A stretch of 64,000 nucleotides of DNA, taken from contig CAMVDB010000002.1 of assembly GCA_947166135.1 (NCBI GenBank), forward strand, positions 14,189 to 78,188. The letters run 5' to 3'. Below the pieces are notes generated by a model, which saw only the letters and a program-made list of their open reading frames with translations, was not told the origin of the DNA and searched no databases. Origin of the DNA: an uncultured Clostridia bacterium (lineage in GTDB: Bacteria > Bacillota > Clostridia > Oscillospirales > Acutalibacteraceae). Made by a program: the position numbers and the translations under genes. This document shows, one piece after another, positions 51,503 to 60,956 of the stretch (within the stretch, counting starts at the first letter, position 1; each line of letters opens with the position of its first letter).

Positions 51503-52615
51503 TTAAACGATGGAACGCTTAGCGATGTACATGGGATAGTTTTGGGTGCCCTGGATCTTCGATCCTCGGGAGACGTTGACGTCCTTGTCGACGACCAGAT
51601 TGGTCAGCTGGGCTTTGTCGCCGATCACACAATCCTGCATGATGATGCAGTTCTTGATGACGGCGTCATGACCGATATATACACCCTTGGAGATGATCGA
51701 GTTCTCAACGATACCGTTGATGACGCAGCCCTGAGCGATCAGCGAATCCTTGACGTTGCTGTTGAGTCCGTAGCGGGAGGGAGCGTCGTCGCGCACCTTG
51801 GTATAGATGGGGCGCTTGGAGTTGAAGAGCGCGTAGCGGGTATCTCTGTCCATGATCTTCATGTTCGCGTCGTAGTACTCCTTGACGGAGCCGATGATCT
51901 CGCAGTAGCCGTCGAATTCGTAAGCGTAGACTCTGTGACGGTCGAGCGACTTCTGCAGTACGTCGCGGACGAAGCTGTATTTCGACTCGGACATTGCCTG
52001 ACGAACCAGCGCCATAAGGACAGTCTTTTTCACCAGCATAACGCCGATGTCTAGGTTGCAGACGCTGTTGTCAACAGGGGAAGCCATGATCTTGGTGACC
52101 TTGCCGTCGTCGTCTACGTCGAGGATGCAGCGGAAGTCATCGGTGATCTCGGTGACAGCGCGCTTGGTGTATACGAAGGTGATATCGCTGTGATTCTTCT
52201 CCGCGAAGCGGAACAGCTTGTTGTAATCCATGTTATGGACACAGTCTGACGGCGCGATCAGGACATATTCCTCGTCGCCATGCTCAATATAGCCGTGCAG
52301 GTTGAAGATGGTTTCGACCAAGGTCGCGAAGCTGTGCTCACCGTAAGGCGGCAGGATGCTCAGACCGCTTCTGCGGCGGGCGAGATCCCACGCGGAGCCG
52401 GAGCCGACGTGATCCATCAGGGACATAAAGTTGGATTTCGCGACGATACCGACGTTATTGATGCCGGAGTTGGACATGTTGGAGAGCGGGAAGTCGATCA
52501 TGCGGTACTTGCCGCCGAAGGGCACGCTGCCGGTGGAACGGTAAGCAGTCAGCTCGGGCAGGTGCTTCTCGTTGGTGTTCGCGAAGATAAGACCTAATAT
52601 TTTATTGGTAGACAT
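51503..52615 (-). CDS. glgD: Glucose-1-phosphate adenylyltransferase, GlgD subunit
   Basis: [36 protein letters not shown] and IYTKVRDDAP motifs. Confidence 0.92.
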   Translation of the reverse strand: MSTNKILGLIFANTNEKHLPELTAYRSTGSVPFGGKYRMIDFPLSNMSNSGINNVGIVAKSNFMSLMDHVGSGSAWDLARRRSGLSILPPYGEHSFATLVETIFNLHGYIEHGDEEYVLIAPSDCVHNMDYNKLFRFAEKNHSDITFVYTKRAVTEITDDFRCILDVDDDGKVTKIMASPVDNSVCNLDIGVMLVKKTVLMALVRQAMSESKYSFVRDVLQKSLDRHRVYAYEFDGYCEIIGSVKEYYDANMKIMDRDTRYALFNSKRPIYTKVRDDAPSRYGLNSNVKDSLIAQGCVINGIVENSIISKGVYIGHDAVIKNCIIMQDCVIGDKAQLTNLVVDKDVNVSRGSKIQGTQNYPMYIAKRSIV

Positions 52616-52617
52616 GC

Positions 52618-53814
52618 TTACACCTCCATATCCTTGTCGATCATCGCCTTGCAGGGCACGACGACGCCTGCGCCGATCTTGAGGTTATCGCCTACGACGG
52701 TAACGCCCCAGTCATCACGGTTTTCCACCTCAGTGGGAGCCGCGCCGACCTTTGCGCCCGCGCCGATGACGGTATTCTCAGCGACGATCGAGAACTCTAC
52801 GTGAGCGCCGTCCTCTATCACCACGCCGGGGAAGAGGATGGAGGAGTTGATCACGGCGTCCTTGCCGATGATAACGCCCGGGAACACGATGGAGAACTCC
52901 AGCTTTCCGTCAATGTTGCAGCCGTCGGATACCATTGAGTTCTGGATCTCGCCGGTAGGTCCGACATGGTGCGGAGGCATCATGGGATTGCGGGAATAGA
53001 TGTTCTTAAGGTCGAGGGTTACCTTGGGATCGAGCAGATCCATGTTCGCTTCCCACAGGGAGTCGATGGTGCCGACGTCCTTCCAGTAGCCCTCGAAGGG
53101 ATAAGCGACCATCTTCTCACCGGAGTTCAGCATCAGGGGCAGTACGTCCTTACCGAAGTCATTGTGAGAATCGGGATTCTGCGCGTCCTTGATCAGGTAC
53201 TCTCTGACGGTCTTCCATGTAAAGACATAGATGCCCATGGAAGCATTGGTGCTCTTGGGATGAGCGGGTTTCTCTTCAAATTCATAGATAGTGTTGTCGT
53301 CGTTGGTGTTCAGGATGCCGAAGCGCGATGCCTCCTCCATCGGTACGTCCATGGCGGCGATGGTGCAGGCGGCGTTGTGTTCCTTATGGAACTCGAGCAT
53401 CTTGGCGTAGTCCATCTTATAGATGTGGTCGCCGGAGAGAACGACGATGTAGTCGGGGTCGTAGCGGTCGACAAAGCCGATGTTCTGGTAGATCGCGTTA
53501 GCGGTGCCGGAGTACCAGTCGGAGCCCTCCTTGGATTCATAAGGCTGCAGACAGGTGACGCCGCTGTGAATACCGTCCAGATCCCACGGCTGACCGTTTC
53601 CGACGTATTCGTTGAGTTCGAGCGGCTGGTACTGCGTCAGTACGCCGACTGCCTCAATGCCGGAGTTGATACAGTTCGACAGCGGAAAGTCGATAATCCT
53701 GTACTTGCCTCCGAACGGTACGGCAGGCTTGGCGATCTTCTTGGTCAGCACGCCGAGGCGAGAGCCCTGACCGCCGGCAAGCAGCATAGCCACTACTTCT
53801 TTCTTAGGTATCAT
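52618..53814 (-). CDS. glgC: Glucose-1-phosphate adenylyltransferase
   Basis: [38 protein letters not shown] and YWKDVGT motifs. Confidence 0.95.
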   Translation of the reverse strand: MIPKKEVVAMLLAGGQGSRLGVLTKKIAKPAVPFGGKYRIIDFPLSNCINSGIEAVGVLTQYQPLELNEYVGNGQPWDLDGIHSGVTCLQPYESKEGSDWYSGTANAIYQNIGFVDRYDPDYIVVLSGDHIYKMDYAKMLEFHKEHNAACTIAAMDVPMEEASRFGILNTNDDNTIYEFEEKPAHPKSTNASMGIYVFTWKTVREYLIKDAQNPDSHNDFGKDVLPLMLNSGEKMVAYPFEGYWKDVGTIDSLWEANMDLLDPKVTLDLKNIYSRNPMMPPHHVGPTGEIQNSMVSDGCNIDGKLEFSIVFPGVIIGKDAVINSSILFPGVVIEDGAHVEFSIVAENTVIGAGAKVGAAPTEVENRDDWGVTVVGDNLKIGAGVVVPCKAMIDKDMEV

Positions 53815-53889
53815 GTTATCCTCCAATATGGTATGCCGAGCTCCGGGAGGAACCGGAGCTCAACAGATTGATAAATTTCTAAAAGAGAA

Positions 53890-56007
53890 TTATTTCTCTT
53901 CCTTTTTCGCAGCCTTCTTGGCTGCGGGCTTCTTGGCAGCGGGCTTCTTGGCAGCAGACTTCTTTGCGGGAGCCTTCTTCACAGGTTTCTCATCCTTCTT
54001 AACGTCCGCATCCTTCGCAGCTTTCTTTGCGGCGCGGGTAGCGGCAGCCTTTTTTGCGGCTTCCTTACGCTTCGCAGCTTTCTCTTCCGCCGCGATCTCC
54101 TTCGGGCTCTTCTCCTTGCTGACGCACTTGAGGTACAGAGCGCTCATCGGAGGCAGGTTGAGGTAGATGGACTGCTCGAAGCCGTGCATCTCTTCATCGA
54201 CGGTGTGGATCTCGGTGCCGTTTGTCTTACCGGTGCCGCCCCACTGCTCGTCGTCGGAGTTGAATACCTCGGCGTAGGTGCCCCACTCGGGAACGCCGAT
54301 ACCGTAGTTCTCACGGTACATGGGCTGGAAGTTGCACACGACGATGACATTGTTGCCTTCCTTATCGATACGGCGGAACGCGATAACGCTCTGCTGATAA
54401 TCGTCGTGATGGATCCAGTTGAAGCCTTCCCATGTGAAGTCGACCTGATACATGCAGGTGTTCTCTTTATAGAAATTGTTGAGCGCGCGGAAGAAGTCGT
54501 TGAGCTTCTTGTGCTTCTCGAAGCCGAGCAGACCCCACTGCAGCTCTTCGGTGCTGTTCCACTCGTCGAACTGACCGATCTCAGCGCCCATGAAGGTGAG
54601 CTTCTTGCCGGGATGAGCCATCATGTAGGACATGAATACGCGAACGCCCGCGAACTTCATATCATAATCGCCGGGCATCTTATTAATCAGCGAGCCCTTG
54701 CCGTAGACGACCTCGTCGTGAGAGATCGGGAGCAGGAAGTTCTCGGAGAACGCATACAGGAACGAGAAGGTGATGCTGTTGTGATGATAGGGTCTCCACA
54801 GCGGATCGAGGGACATGTAGGACAGCATATCGTTCATCCAGCCCATATTCCACTTGTAGTCGAAGCCCAGACCGCCGTCGGATACGGGACGGGAGACCAT
54901 CGGCCAGGAGGTGGACTCCTCGGCGATCATCATAACGGTCGGATGATGCAGGTGAACGGCAGTGTTCAGTCTCTGGATGAACTCGACAGCCTCGAGGTGC
55001 TCATGACCGCCGTACTTGTTGGCGACCCACTCGCCGTCGCGGCGGTTGTAGTCGAGGTACAGCATGGAGGCTACCGCGTCAACGCGGATACCGTCGACAT
55101 GGTACTTGTCCAGCCAGAACATCGCGGAGGATACCAGGAACGAGATGACCTCGTAGCGGGCATAGTCAAAGACGTAGGTGCCCCACTCTTTGTGCTCGCC
55201 CTTGCGGCTGTCCTCGTACTCATAGCAGTGGATACCGTCGAAACGTCCCAGACCGTGAGCGTCCTTGGGAAAGTGAGCGGGTACCCAGTCGAGGATAACG
55301 CCGATGCCCTCCTGATGGCACTTGTCGATGAAATGCATGAACATGTCGGGAGAACCGTAGCGGGAGGTGGGAGCGTAGTAACCGGTAACCTGATAACCCC
55401 AGGAGCCGTCGAAGGGATACTCGGTCATGGGCATGAACTCGATGTGGGTGTAACCCATCTCCTTGACGTAGGGGATCAGCTCGTCGGCAAGCTTGTCATA
55501 CGAGAAGGTGTTGCCGTCGGCATACTTTCTCCAGGAGCCCGCGTGAACCTCATAGATGTTCAGCGGATTCTCGAAGTGATTGTGTTCCATCTTATACTTG
55601 TACCACGCTTCATCATTCCACTGATACTTGTTGTAGTTGTAGATGATGGAGGCGTTATCGGGACGGGTCTGAGTATGGAACGCGAACGGATCGGACTTTA
55701 AGATTTTCTCGAACCACGGGGTCTCTACGCAATACTTGTAGATCGCGGTCTCGCCGAGGTTGGCGATCCAGCCTTCCCATACGCCGCCTTCGGAAATCTT
55801 GTGCATATGGTTGGCGTTCTGATCCCAGCCGTTAAAGTCGCCGACGACCGAGACGGAGAGAGCGTTCGGAGCCCATACACGGAACATGGTGCCCTGTACG
55901 CCGTCCATCCAGTAATCATGCGCGCCTAAGAAATCATAAGCGCGTACAGCGTCGCCGCCGTGGAATAGATCGAGAGGGAATCTTTCGTCGTTTAAAACAT
56001 AATTCAT
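53890..56007 (-). CDS. glgB: 1,4-alpha-glucan branching enzyme with Lys/Ala/Pro-rich C-terminal tail
   Basis: IYEVHAGSW, SWGYQVTGY, DGIRVDAVASM, IAEESTSW and PISHDEVV motifs. AAGGAG RBS before the ATG at 56007. Confidence 0.95.
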   Translation of the reverse strand: MNYVLNDERFPLDLFHGGDAVRAYDFLGAHDYWMDGVQGTMFRVWAPNALSVSVVGDFNGWDQNANHMHKISEGGVWEGWIANLGETAIYKYCVETPWFEKILKSDPFAFHTQTRPDNASIIYNYNKYQWNDEAWYKYKMEHNHFENPLNIYEVHAGSWRKYADGNTFSYDKLADELIPYVKEMGYTHIEFMPMTEYPFDGSWGYQVTGYYAPTSRYGSPDMFMHFIDKCHQEGIGVILDWVPAHFPKDAHGLGRFDGIHCYEYEDSRKGEHKEWGTYVFDYARYEVISFLVSSAMFWLDKYHVDGIRVDAVASMLYLDYNRRDGEWVANKYGGHEHLEAVEFIQRLNTAVHLHHPTVMMIAEESTSWPMVSRPVSDGGLGFDYKWNMGWMNDMLSYMSLDPLWRPYHHNSITFSFLYAFSENFLLPISHDEVVYGKGSLINKMPGDYDMKFAGVRVFMSYMMAHPGKKLTFMGAEIGQFDEWNSTEELQWGLLGFEKHKKLNDFFRALNNFYKENTCMYQVDFTWEGFNWIHHDDYQQSVIAFRRIDKEGNNVIVVCNFQPMYRENYGIGVPEWGTYAEVFNSDDEQWGGTGKTNGTEIHTVDEEMHGFEQSIYLNLPPMSALYLKCVSKEKSPKEIAAEEKAAKRKEAAKKAAATRAAKKAAKDADVKKDEKPVKKAPAKKSAAKKPAAKKPAAKKAAKKEEK

Positions 56008-56331
56008 AATCTGACTCTCCTTTATAAAAAGAATTAGTACATAAATATACAACTCTATAATAACAGACATTTTTGACAATTTCAAGTAAAAACAGAAATT
56101 AAATTCCAAACTTTTAGTGCAGTTTTTATAAAATCTGACAATACACTTGTCATTATAGACAATGAAAAACTATATTTTCATAACTTATGTACAAAGCGGA
56201 GAGCCGTAAAGAGTGATTTGAGCGCAGCAATCGGTCGATCGTGCTTGGATACAGTGATGGAGCGGCTGTGTGCTTTAATTCGCTTATTGTATAGCGTCAA
56301 GTTTGATATTATTCCTTTTACGAAATAATTC

Positions 56332-56360
56332 TTGACATTTCGGTGTCCGTATATTATTAT
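56332..56360 (+). promoter_or_regulatory. SigA-type promoter about 300 bp upstream of rny
   Basis: TTGACA-17-TATTAT. Confidence 0.65.
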
Positions 56361-56405
56361 AAATTATGGTTTATTATATTGGTATTATTATATTCAATAG
56401 TAATA

Positions 56406-56611
56406 GCCGTTTCACAGCTGCGCGTGACAGGCGTCGCTGTGCTTATCTGACTCTCTTAGAGAGCCGTTATATATAGATATTTTACCCATATTACCATTCC
56501 AACCGCATGATGCTTTGAGATATATTTTTATATAGAAAGGTGACATACGCGGACAACCGATTTTCCTGTCAACGACAGTGGTGATACAAAACTGAATATC
56601 TGAGTAACGGC
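56406..56611 (+). ncRNA. Candidate structured RNA (long rod) in the rny 5' leader
   Basis: Long-range complementarity read by eye: GCCGTT/AACGGC, TGACAGG/CCTGTCA and an AU-rich terminal stem. Not computed. Confidence 0.35.
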
Positions 56612-56658
56612 ACCGTGAGTTGAGTTTGATGAATCATCAAATCAAGGAGGTGTCACAT

Positions 56659-58212
56659 GTGAATGCTGTTTTAGCAGTTATCCTGATCGTCGTCGCGGTG
56701 ATCGTCGGCGCGGCAGTCGGTATCTTTATCGGCAACGCTTATCGTAAGAAGGTAGCCGAGGCTGAGATCGGCAGCGCCGAGGAAGAGGCGAAGCGTATCG
56801 TCTCCGACGCGATGAAAACAGCTGAAGCAAAGAAGAAGGAAGCGATCCTTGAGGGTAAGGATGAGGTTCATCGCCTTCGTAACGAGGGTGAAAAGGAACT
56901 CGCCGACCGCCGCAAGGAGGTACAGCGCCAGGAGCGCCGTATCCAGCAGAAGGAAGAGACCCTGGACCGTAAGATCGACAACATCGAGAAGAAGGAAGAC
57001 AGAGTCAACAAGAAGATCAAAGACGCCGAGGTAAGACTCGCCGAGGCGGAAACTATCAAGAAGAGTCAGTTTGAGATGCTCGAGAGGATCTCGGGCTTCA
57101 CCGTAGATCAGGCTAAGACCTATCTGCTCGATCAGCTCGAGGGCGAGCTCGGCAGAGAGAAGAGCCTCAAGATCATGGAGTATGAGCAGCAGCTCAAGGA
57201 CGAGGCCGACAAGCGCGCCCGCAATATCATCTCCCTCGCGATCCAGCGCTGTGCCGCGGATCAGGTGGCTGAGGCGACCGTATCGGTCGTACCGCTGCCG
57301 AACGATGAGATGAAGGGTCGTATCATCGGACGTGAGGGTCGTAACATCCGCGCTATCGAGACGATGACCGGCTGTGACCTGATCATCGACGATACTCCCG
57401 AGGCGATCACGCTGTCCTGTTTTGAGCCCGTTCGCCGTGAGATCGCGCGCGTCGCGCTCGAGAAGCTGATCTCCGACGGCCGTATCCATCCCGCCAGAGT
57501 TGAGGAGATGGTCGAGAAGGCTCGTCGCGAGGTTGAGCAGAGCATCAAGCAGGCGGGTGAACGCGCCGTATTGGACGCAGGCGTCCACGGACTGCATCCC
57601 GAGCTGGTCAAGATCCTCGGCAGACTCAAGTACCGTACCAGCTACGGTCAGAATGTTTTGAAGCACTCGCTCGAGGTCAGCTATATCTCCGGTATGATTG
57701 CGTCCGAGCTGGGACTTGATCCCAAGGTCGCGAAGCGTGCGGGTCTTCTGCATGACATCGGTAAAGCGCTCGACCATGAGATCGAAGGCAGTCACGTCGA
57801 GATCGGCGTAGACGTTGCCCGTAAGTACAAGGAGAGCGACGCGGTGGTTCATGCGATCCATGCCCACCACGGCGACGTAGAGGCTAAGACGGTCGTCGCC
57901 TGCATCGTACAGGCTGCCGACGCGATCTCCGCCGCCCGTCCCGGTGCACGCCGTGAGAACCTTGAGAACTACATCAAGCGTCTGCAGAAGCTTGAAGAAG
58001 TCGCATCGTCCTTCAAGGGCGTTGAGAACTCCTTCGCGATCCAGGCGGGTCGTGAGATCCGTATCATGGTCAAGCCTGAGCAGGTCAAGGATGACGAGAT
58101 GGCGTCCCTCGCCCGCGATATCTGTAAGAAGATCGAGGAAGAACTCGAGTATCCGGGTCAGATCAAGGTCAACATCATCCGCGAATCCCGCGCGGTCGAC
58201 TTTGCAAAATAA
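56659..58212 (+). CDS. rny: Ribonuclease Y
   Basis: N-terminal TM helix, coiled coil, KH ([13 protein letters not shown]), HD (LLHDIGK). GTG start after AAGGAGGTG. Confidence 0.96.
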   Translation: MNAVLAVILIVVAVIVGAAVGIFIGNAYRKKVAEAEIGSAEEEAKRIVSDAMKTAEAKKKEAILEGKDEVHRLRNEGEKELADRRKEVQRQERRIQQKEETLDRKIDNIEKKEDRVNKKIKDAEVRLAEAETIKKSQFEMLERISGFTVDQAKTYLLDQLEGELGREKSLKIMEYEQQLKDEADKRARNIISLAIQRCAADQVAEATVSVVPLPNDEMKGRIIGREGRNIRAIETMTGCDLIIDDTPEAITLSCFEPVRREIARVALEKLISDGRIHPARVEEMVEKARREVEQSIKQAGERAVLDAGVHGLHPELVKILGRLKYRTSYGQNVLKHSLEVSYISGMIASELGLDPKVAKRAGLLHDIGKALDHEIEGSHVEIGVDVARKYKESDAVVHAIHAHHGDVEAKTVVACIVQAADAISAARPGARRENLENYIKRLQKLEEVASSFKGVENSFAIQAGREIRIMVKPEQVKDDEMASLARDICKKIEEELEYPGQIKVNIIRESRAVDFAK

Positions 58213-58219
58213 TCAATGT

Positions 58220-58252
58220 AAAAAAGCACTGCTTCAAAAGCGGTGCTTTTTT
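58220..58252 (+). terminator. Intrinsic terminator after rny
   Basis: AAAAAAGCACTGCT..AGCGGTGCTTTTTT. Confidence 0.82.
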
Positions 58253-58259
58253 GTATTAT

Positions 58260-58284
58260 GTAGGGGTCGAATTGATACGACCCT
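58260..58284 (+). repeat. GTAG-type REP palindrome
   Basis: GTAG-GGGTCG-AATTGATA-CGACCC. Confidence 0.65.
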
Positions 58285-58322
58285 TTTGCGGGGCGTTCTA
58301 TTTAACCGCACTTTGCAGTATT

Positions 58323-58370
58323 AAAGGCTCCCTTTGGTAAAGGGAACTCCCGCACAGCGGGTGAGGGGTT
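58323..58370 (+). repeat. Palindromic intergenic repeat (AAGGCTCCCT..AGGGA type)
   Basis: AAAGGCTCCCTTTGGTAAAGGGAACTCCCGCACAGCGGGTGAGGGG with two nested hairpins. Confidence 0.45.
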
Positions 58371-58399
58371 GTATAAATGGATCGACCGAAGGGAGAACC

Positions 58400-59257
58400 C
58401 TAAAAATCCCACTCGGGTACATACTTTTGATCCGCGCTGGTTAGCTCCTGTGCGAATCCGTCAAAGCCCAGCTCATAATACCGCTCCAGTACACGGTGAT
58501 ATTCCCGCTTTGTGATACGGCGGTTGATATCGGGATACTCGTCTGCTTTCCCCGCGGGCATATACTGCGCCATCAGGCTTACGGGGATTCGGTCGTCCCA
58601 ATGCTCCTTGATGATCTGTAAGACGCCGAAGCTGTTTTTGACGTGAGAGGGGAGGACGAGGTGGCGGATGATGACGCCGCGCTTGATCAAGCCGTCCTCA
58701 TACACGCTGTTGCCGCACTGACGCATCATCTCGTCGATCGCCGCAGTTGCCCTCTCCACATAATCAGGACAGCGCGAGAGCCTTTCTGCCAGTGCGTTAT
58801 CACTGTACTTGAAATCGGGCAGATAGACGTCGATCAGTCCTTCGAGCCTTTTGAGTGTCTCGACCTTCTCATAGCCCGAGCTGTTGTAGATGAACGGAAG
58901 TTCGGGACGGTAAAATCGAAAGCTCTCGATGATCGCGTCGACATAGTGCGTCGGCGTGACCAGCTCGATGTTATGTACACCCATATCCACGAGCCTTCTG
59001 TACTGCTCGCTCAGCTCGTAGGGAGTGATGACCCTCCCTTTTGAGAGCGCTGAGATCTCATAGTTCTGACAGTACACGCACCGCAGGCTGCACCCGGAGA
59101 AGAAGATCGTCCCGGCGCCGTTTGTTCCGCTGATCGGCGGTTCCTCGTCATAGTGAGGCGCTACGCGGGCGACTGTGGGCAGCTTTCCTACGCCGCAGAA
59201 GCTGATACGCTGTTCCCGATCGACGTTACATTCCCTCGGACAGAGCACGCATTTCAT
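58400..59257 (-). CDS. pflX: PflX-like radical SAM protein
   Basis: MKCVLCPRECNVDR, EEPPISG..GAGTIFFSGCSLRCVYCQN, DVYLPDFKY and IRHLVLP motifs. Confidence 0.85.
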   Translation of the reverse strand: MKCVLCPRECNVDREQRISFCGVGKLPTVARVAPHYDEEPPISGTNGAGTIFFSGCSLRCVYCQNYEISALSKGRVITPYELSEQYRRLVDMGVHNIELVTPTHYVDAIIESFRFYRPELPFIYNSSGYEKVETLKRLEGLIDVYLPDFKYSDNALAERLSRCPDYVERATAAIDEMMRQCGNSVYEDGLIKRGVIIRHLVLPSHVKNSFGVLQIIKEHWDDRIPVSLMAQYMPAGKADEYPDINRRITKREYHRVLERYYELGFDGFAQELTSADQKYVPEWDF

Positions 59258-59415
59258 CCAATCACATCCTTTATCCCTATTATACCATAACTCCGAAGGA
59301 GATATGGTATAATCAGCCATCGCCCGTTGTCGCGAAGCGACAAACCGGGCGGGCATATAAATTTGTATAATAACCGGATTTATACGGTTATTATACCATA
59401 TATAGGATAAAAATG

Positions 59416-59646
59416 CTATACCTCAAAGTCGTAGAGAAAATCCTCGATCGCCGTGTTCAGATGGTCGGGCGAGAGTTGTTCGGTATTATATTTTTTCGCT
59501 AAGGCTTCTATCAGAGCCCTTTCTGTAGAAATATCCCCGACAGTGCGTATGATCCTGCCATTGACAAAGACCTGTAAACCGTATGCCGTGTATAATCCGT
59601 ACGCACTGTCGAATTTGCGTTCCGCAATCGGTTTATATCGTATCAT
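59416..59646 (-). CDS. Small hypothetical protein (DUF6514-like)
   Basis: YTAYGLQV..VGDISTERA..LAKKYNTEQLSPDHLNTAIEDFL pattern; GAGG RBS. Confidence 0.6.
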   Translation of the reverse strand: MIRYKPIAERKFDSAYGLYTAYGLQVFVNGRIIRTVGDISTERALIEALAKKYNTEQLSPDHLNTAIEDFLYDFEV

Positions 59647-59810
59647 GTTCTTCCTCTGTGAAGTGATTTCACTCAAACAGTGAAATTTTATCACCGCTTG
59701 TCATTTTTTGCAAGTGTTTCAACAAAAGTGTAAATAACATTACATCAATCGACATATTTGTGCTGTAATCGTTACAAAATGTGACGGAATAATTAAGTAA
59801 AAAAACAATA

Positions 59811-59839
59811 TTGAAAACAATCGCGCATTGTGTTATGAT
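59811..59839 (+). promoter_or_regulatory. SigA-type promoter of the ABC-2 operon
   Basis: TTGAAA-17-TATGAT with extended TG; palindrome TGTAATCGTTACA at 59764-59776 upstream. Confidence 0.65.
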
Positions 59840-59846
59840 ACAAAAA

Positions 59847-59891
59847 ATGGATAATTATAGATCAATAACAAGCGGCTTGTGGATCCTTTGA
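59847..59891 (+). other. Candidate leaderless upstream ORF MDNYRSITSGLWIL
   Basis: ATG starts 8 nt after the -10 box; stops at TGA 59889-59891 inside a leader hairpin. Confidence 0.35.
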
Positions 59892-59933
59892 TAAGGCTGT
59901 TTCGCAACAATCCACGACCGCCGATGAGGGTAT

Positions 59934-60956
59934 ATGAATATGGAAGCAATGATTTATGCAGAAAATCTGCGCAAGGAATTCAAGAAGATCATCAAGGAAC
60001 CGGGTCTCAAAGGCGCCGCGAAAGCGCTGTTCAAGCCGAATAAAGAGATCGTCACTGCAGTGGACGATATCTCGTTCGAGGTACCTGCGGGGGAGATTCT
60101 CGGATTTATCGGGCCGAACGGTGCGGGTAAGAGCACGGTCATCAAGATGCTCACGGGTATTTTGACCCCGACCTCCGGTTTCTGCCGCATCAACGGCAAG
60201 ATTCCGCAGGAGGATCGCAAGAACTATGTCCGTGAGATCGGCGTCGTGTTCGGTCAGCGTACCCAGCTTTGGTGGGATTTGGCGCTGCGTGAGACCTATT
60301 CTGTCTTAAAGGAGATCTATCAGGTTCCGGAGGAACAGTTCAAGAAGCGCATGACGTTCCTTAACGAGGTGCTGGAGCTCGACAGCTTCATTACCAGTCC
60401 CGTCCGAACCCTGTCACTCGGTCAGCGTATGCGTGCCGATATCGCTGCGGCGCTGCTGCATTCTCCGAAGGTGCTGTTCCTCGATGAGCCGACGATCGGC
60501 TTGGATGTTGTCGTCAAGGAGAACATCCGCTCCGCGATCCGTAAGATCAATGAGGAGGAGGGCACGACCGTCATCCTCACTACCCATGATCTCGCCGATA
60601 TCGAGCTCTTATGTGAGCGTATCGTCATGATCGATAAGGGCAGAAAGGTTTTTGATGGTGGTTTGTCGGAGCTTCGCCATAACTTCGGTGATGTACGGAC
60701 GCTCCGCTTCGAGCTGGTCAACGGTCCCGATTTCAAGCTTCTCGACTATCGTCGCCGCTTCAAGCTGACCGATGATGACGTCAGCGCTGAGCGCGACGGC
60801 AGCTCGGTCACGGTTCGTTTTGATACCGCGAAGGTCAGCGTAGAGGAAATGATCTCCTACACGCTGTCGACCGTTCATGTCAAGGATCTGAACATCAAGG
60901 ACGTAGAGATTGAGGAGATCATCAAGAAGCTCTACCGCCGCGAGGTGAGCCTATGA
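59934..60956 (+). CDS. ABC-2 exporter ATP-binding protein
   Basis: GPNGAGKST, VVFGQRTQLWWDL, LSLGQRMRA and LFLDEPTIGLD motifs. Confidence 0.9.
   Translation: MNMEAMIYAENLRKEFKKIIKEPGLKGAAKALFKPNKEIVTAVDDISFEVPAGEILGFIGPNGAGKSTVIKMLTGILTPTSGFCRINGKIPQEDRKNYVREIGVVFGQRTQLWWDLALRETYSVLKEIYQVPEEQFKKRMTFLNEVLELDSFITSPVRTLSLGQRMRADIAAALLHSPKVLFLDEPTIGLDVVVKENIRSAIRKINEEEGTTVILTTHDLADIELLCERIVMIDKGRKVFDGGLSELRHNFGDVRTLRFELVNGPDFKLLDYRRRFKLTDDDVSAERDGSSVTVRFDTAKVSVEEMISYTLSTVHVKDLNIKDVEIEEIIKKLYRREVSL

Noticed and set aside
56008-56109. 34-aa N-terminal extension of GlgB in the ORF track
   Set aside because: It is AT-rich promoter DNA (TTGAAA-17-TATTAT on the minus strand); the RBS supports a start at 56007.
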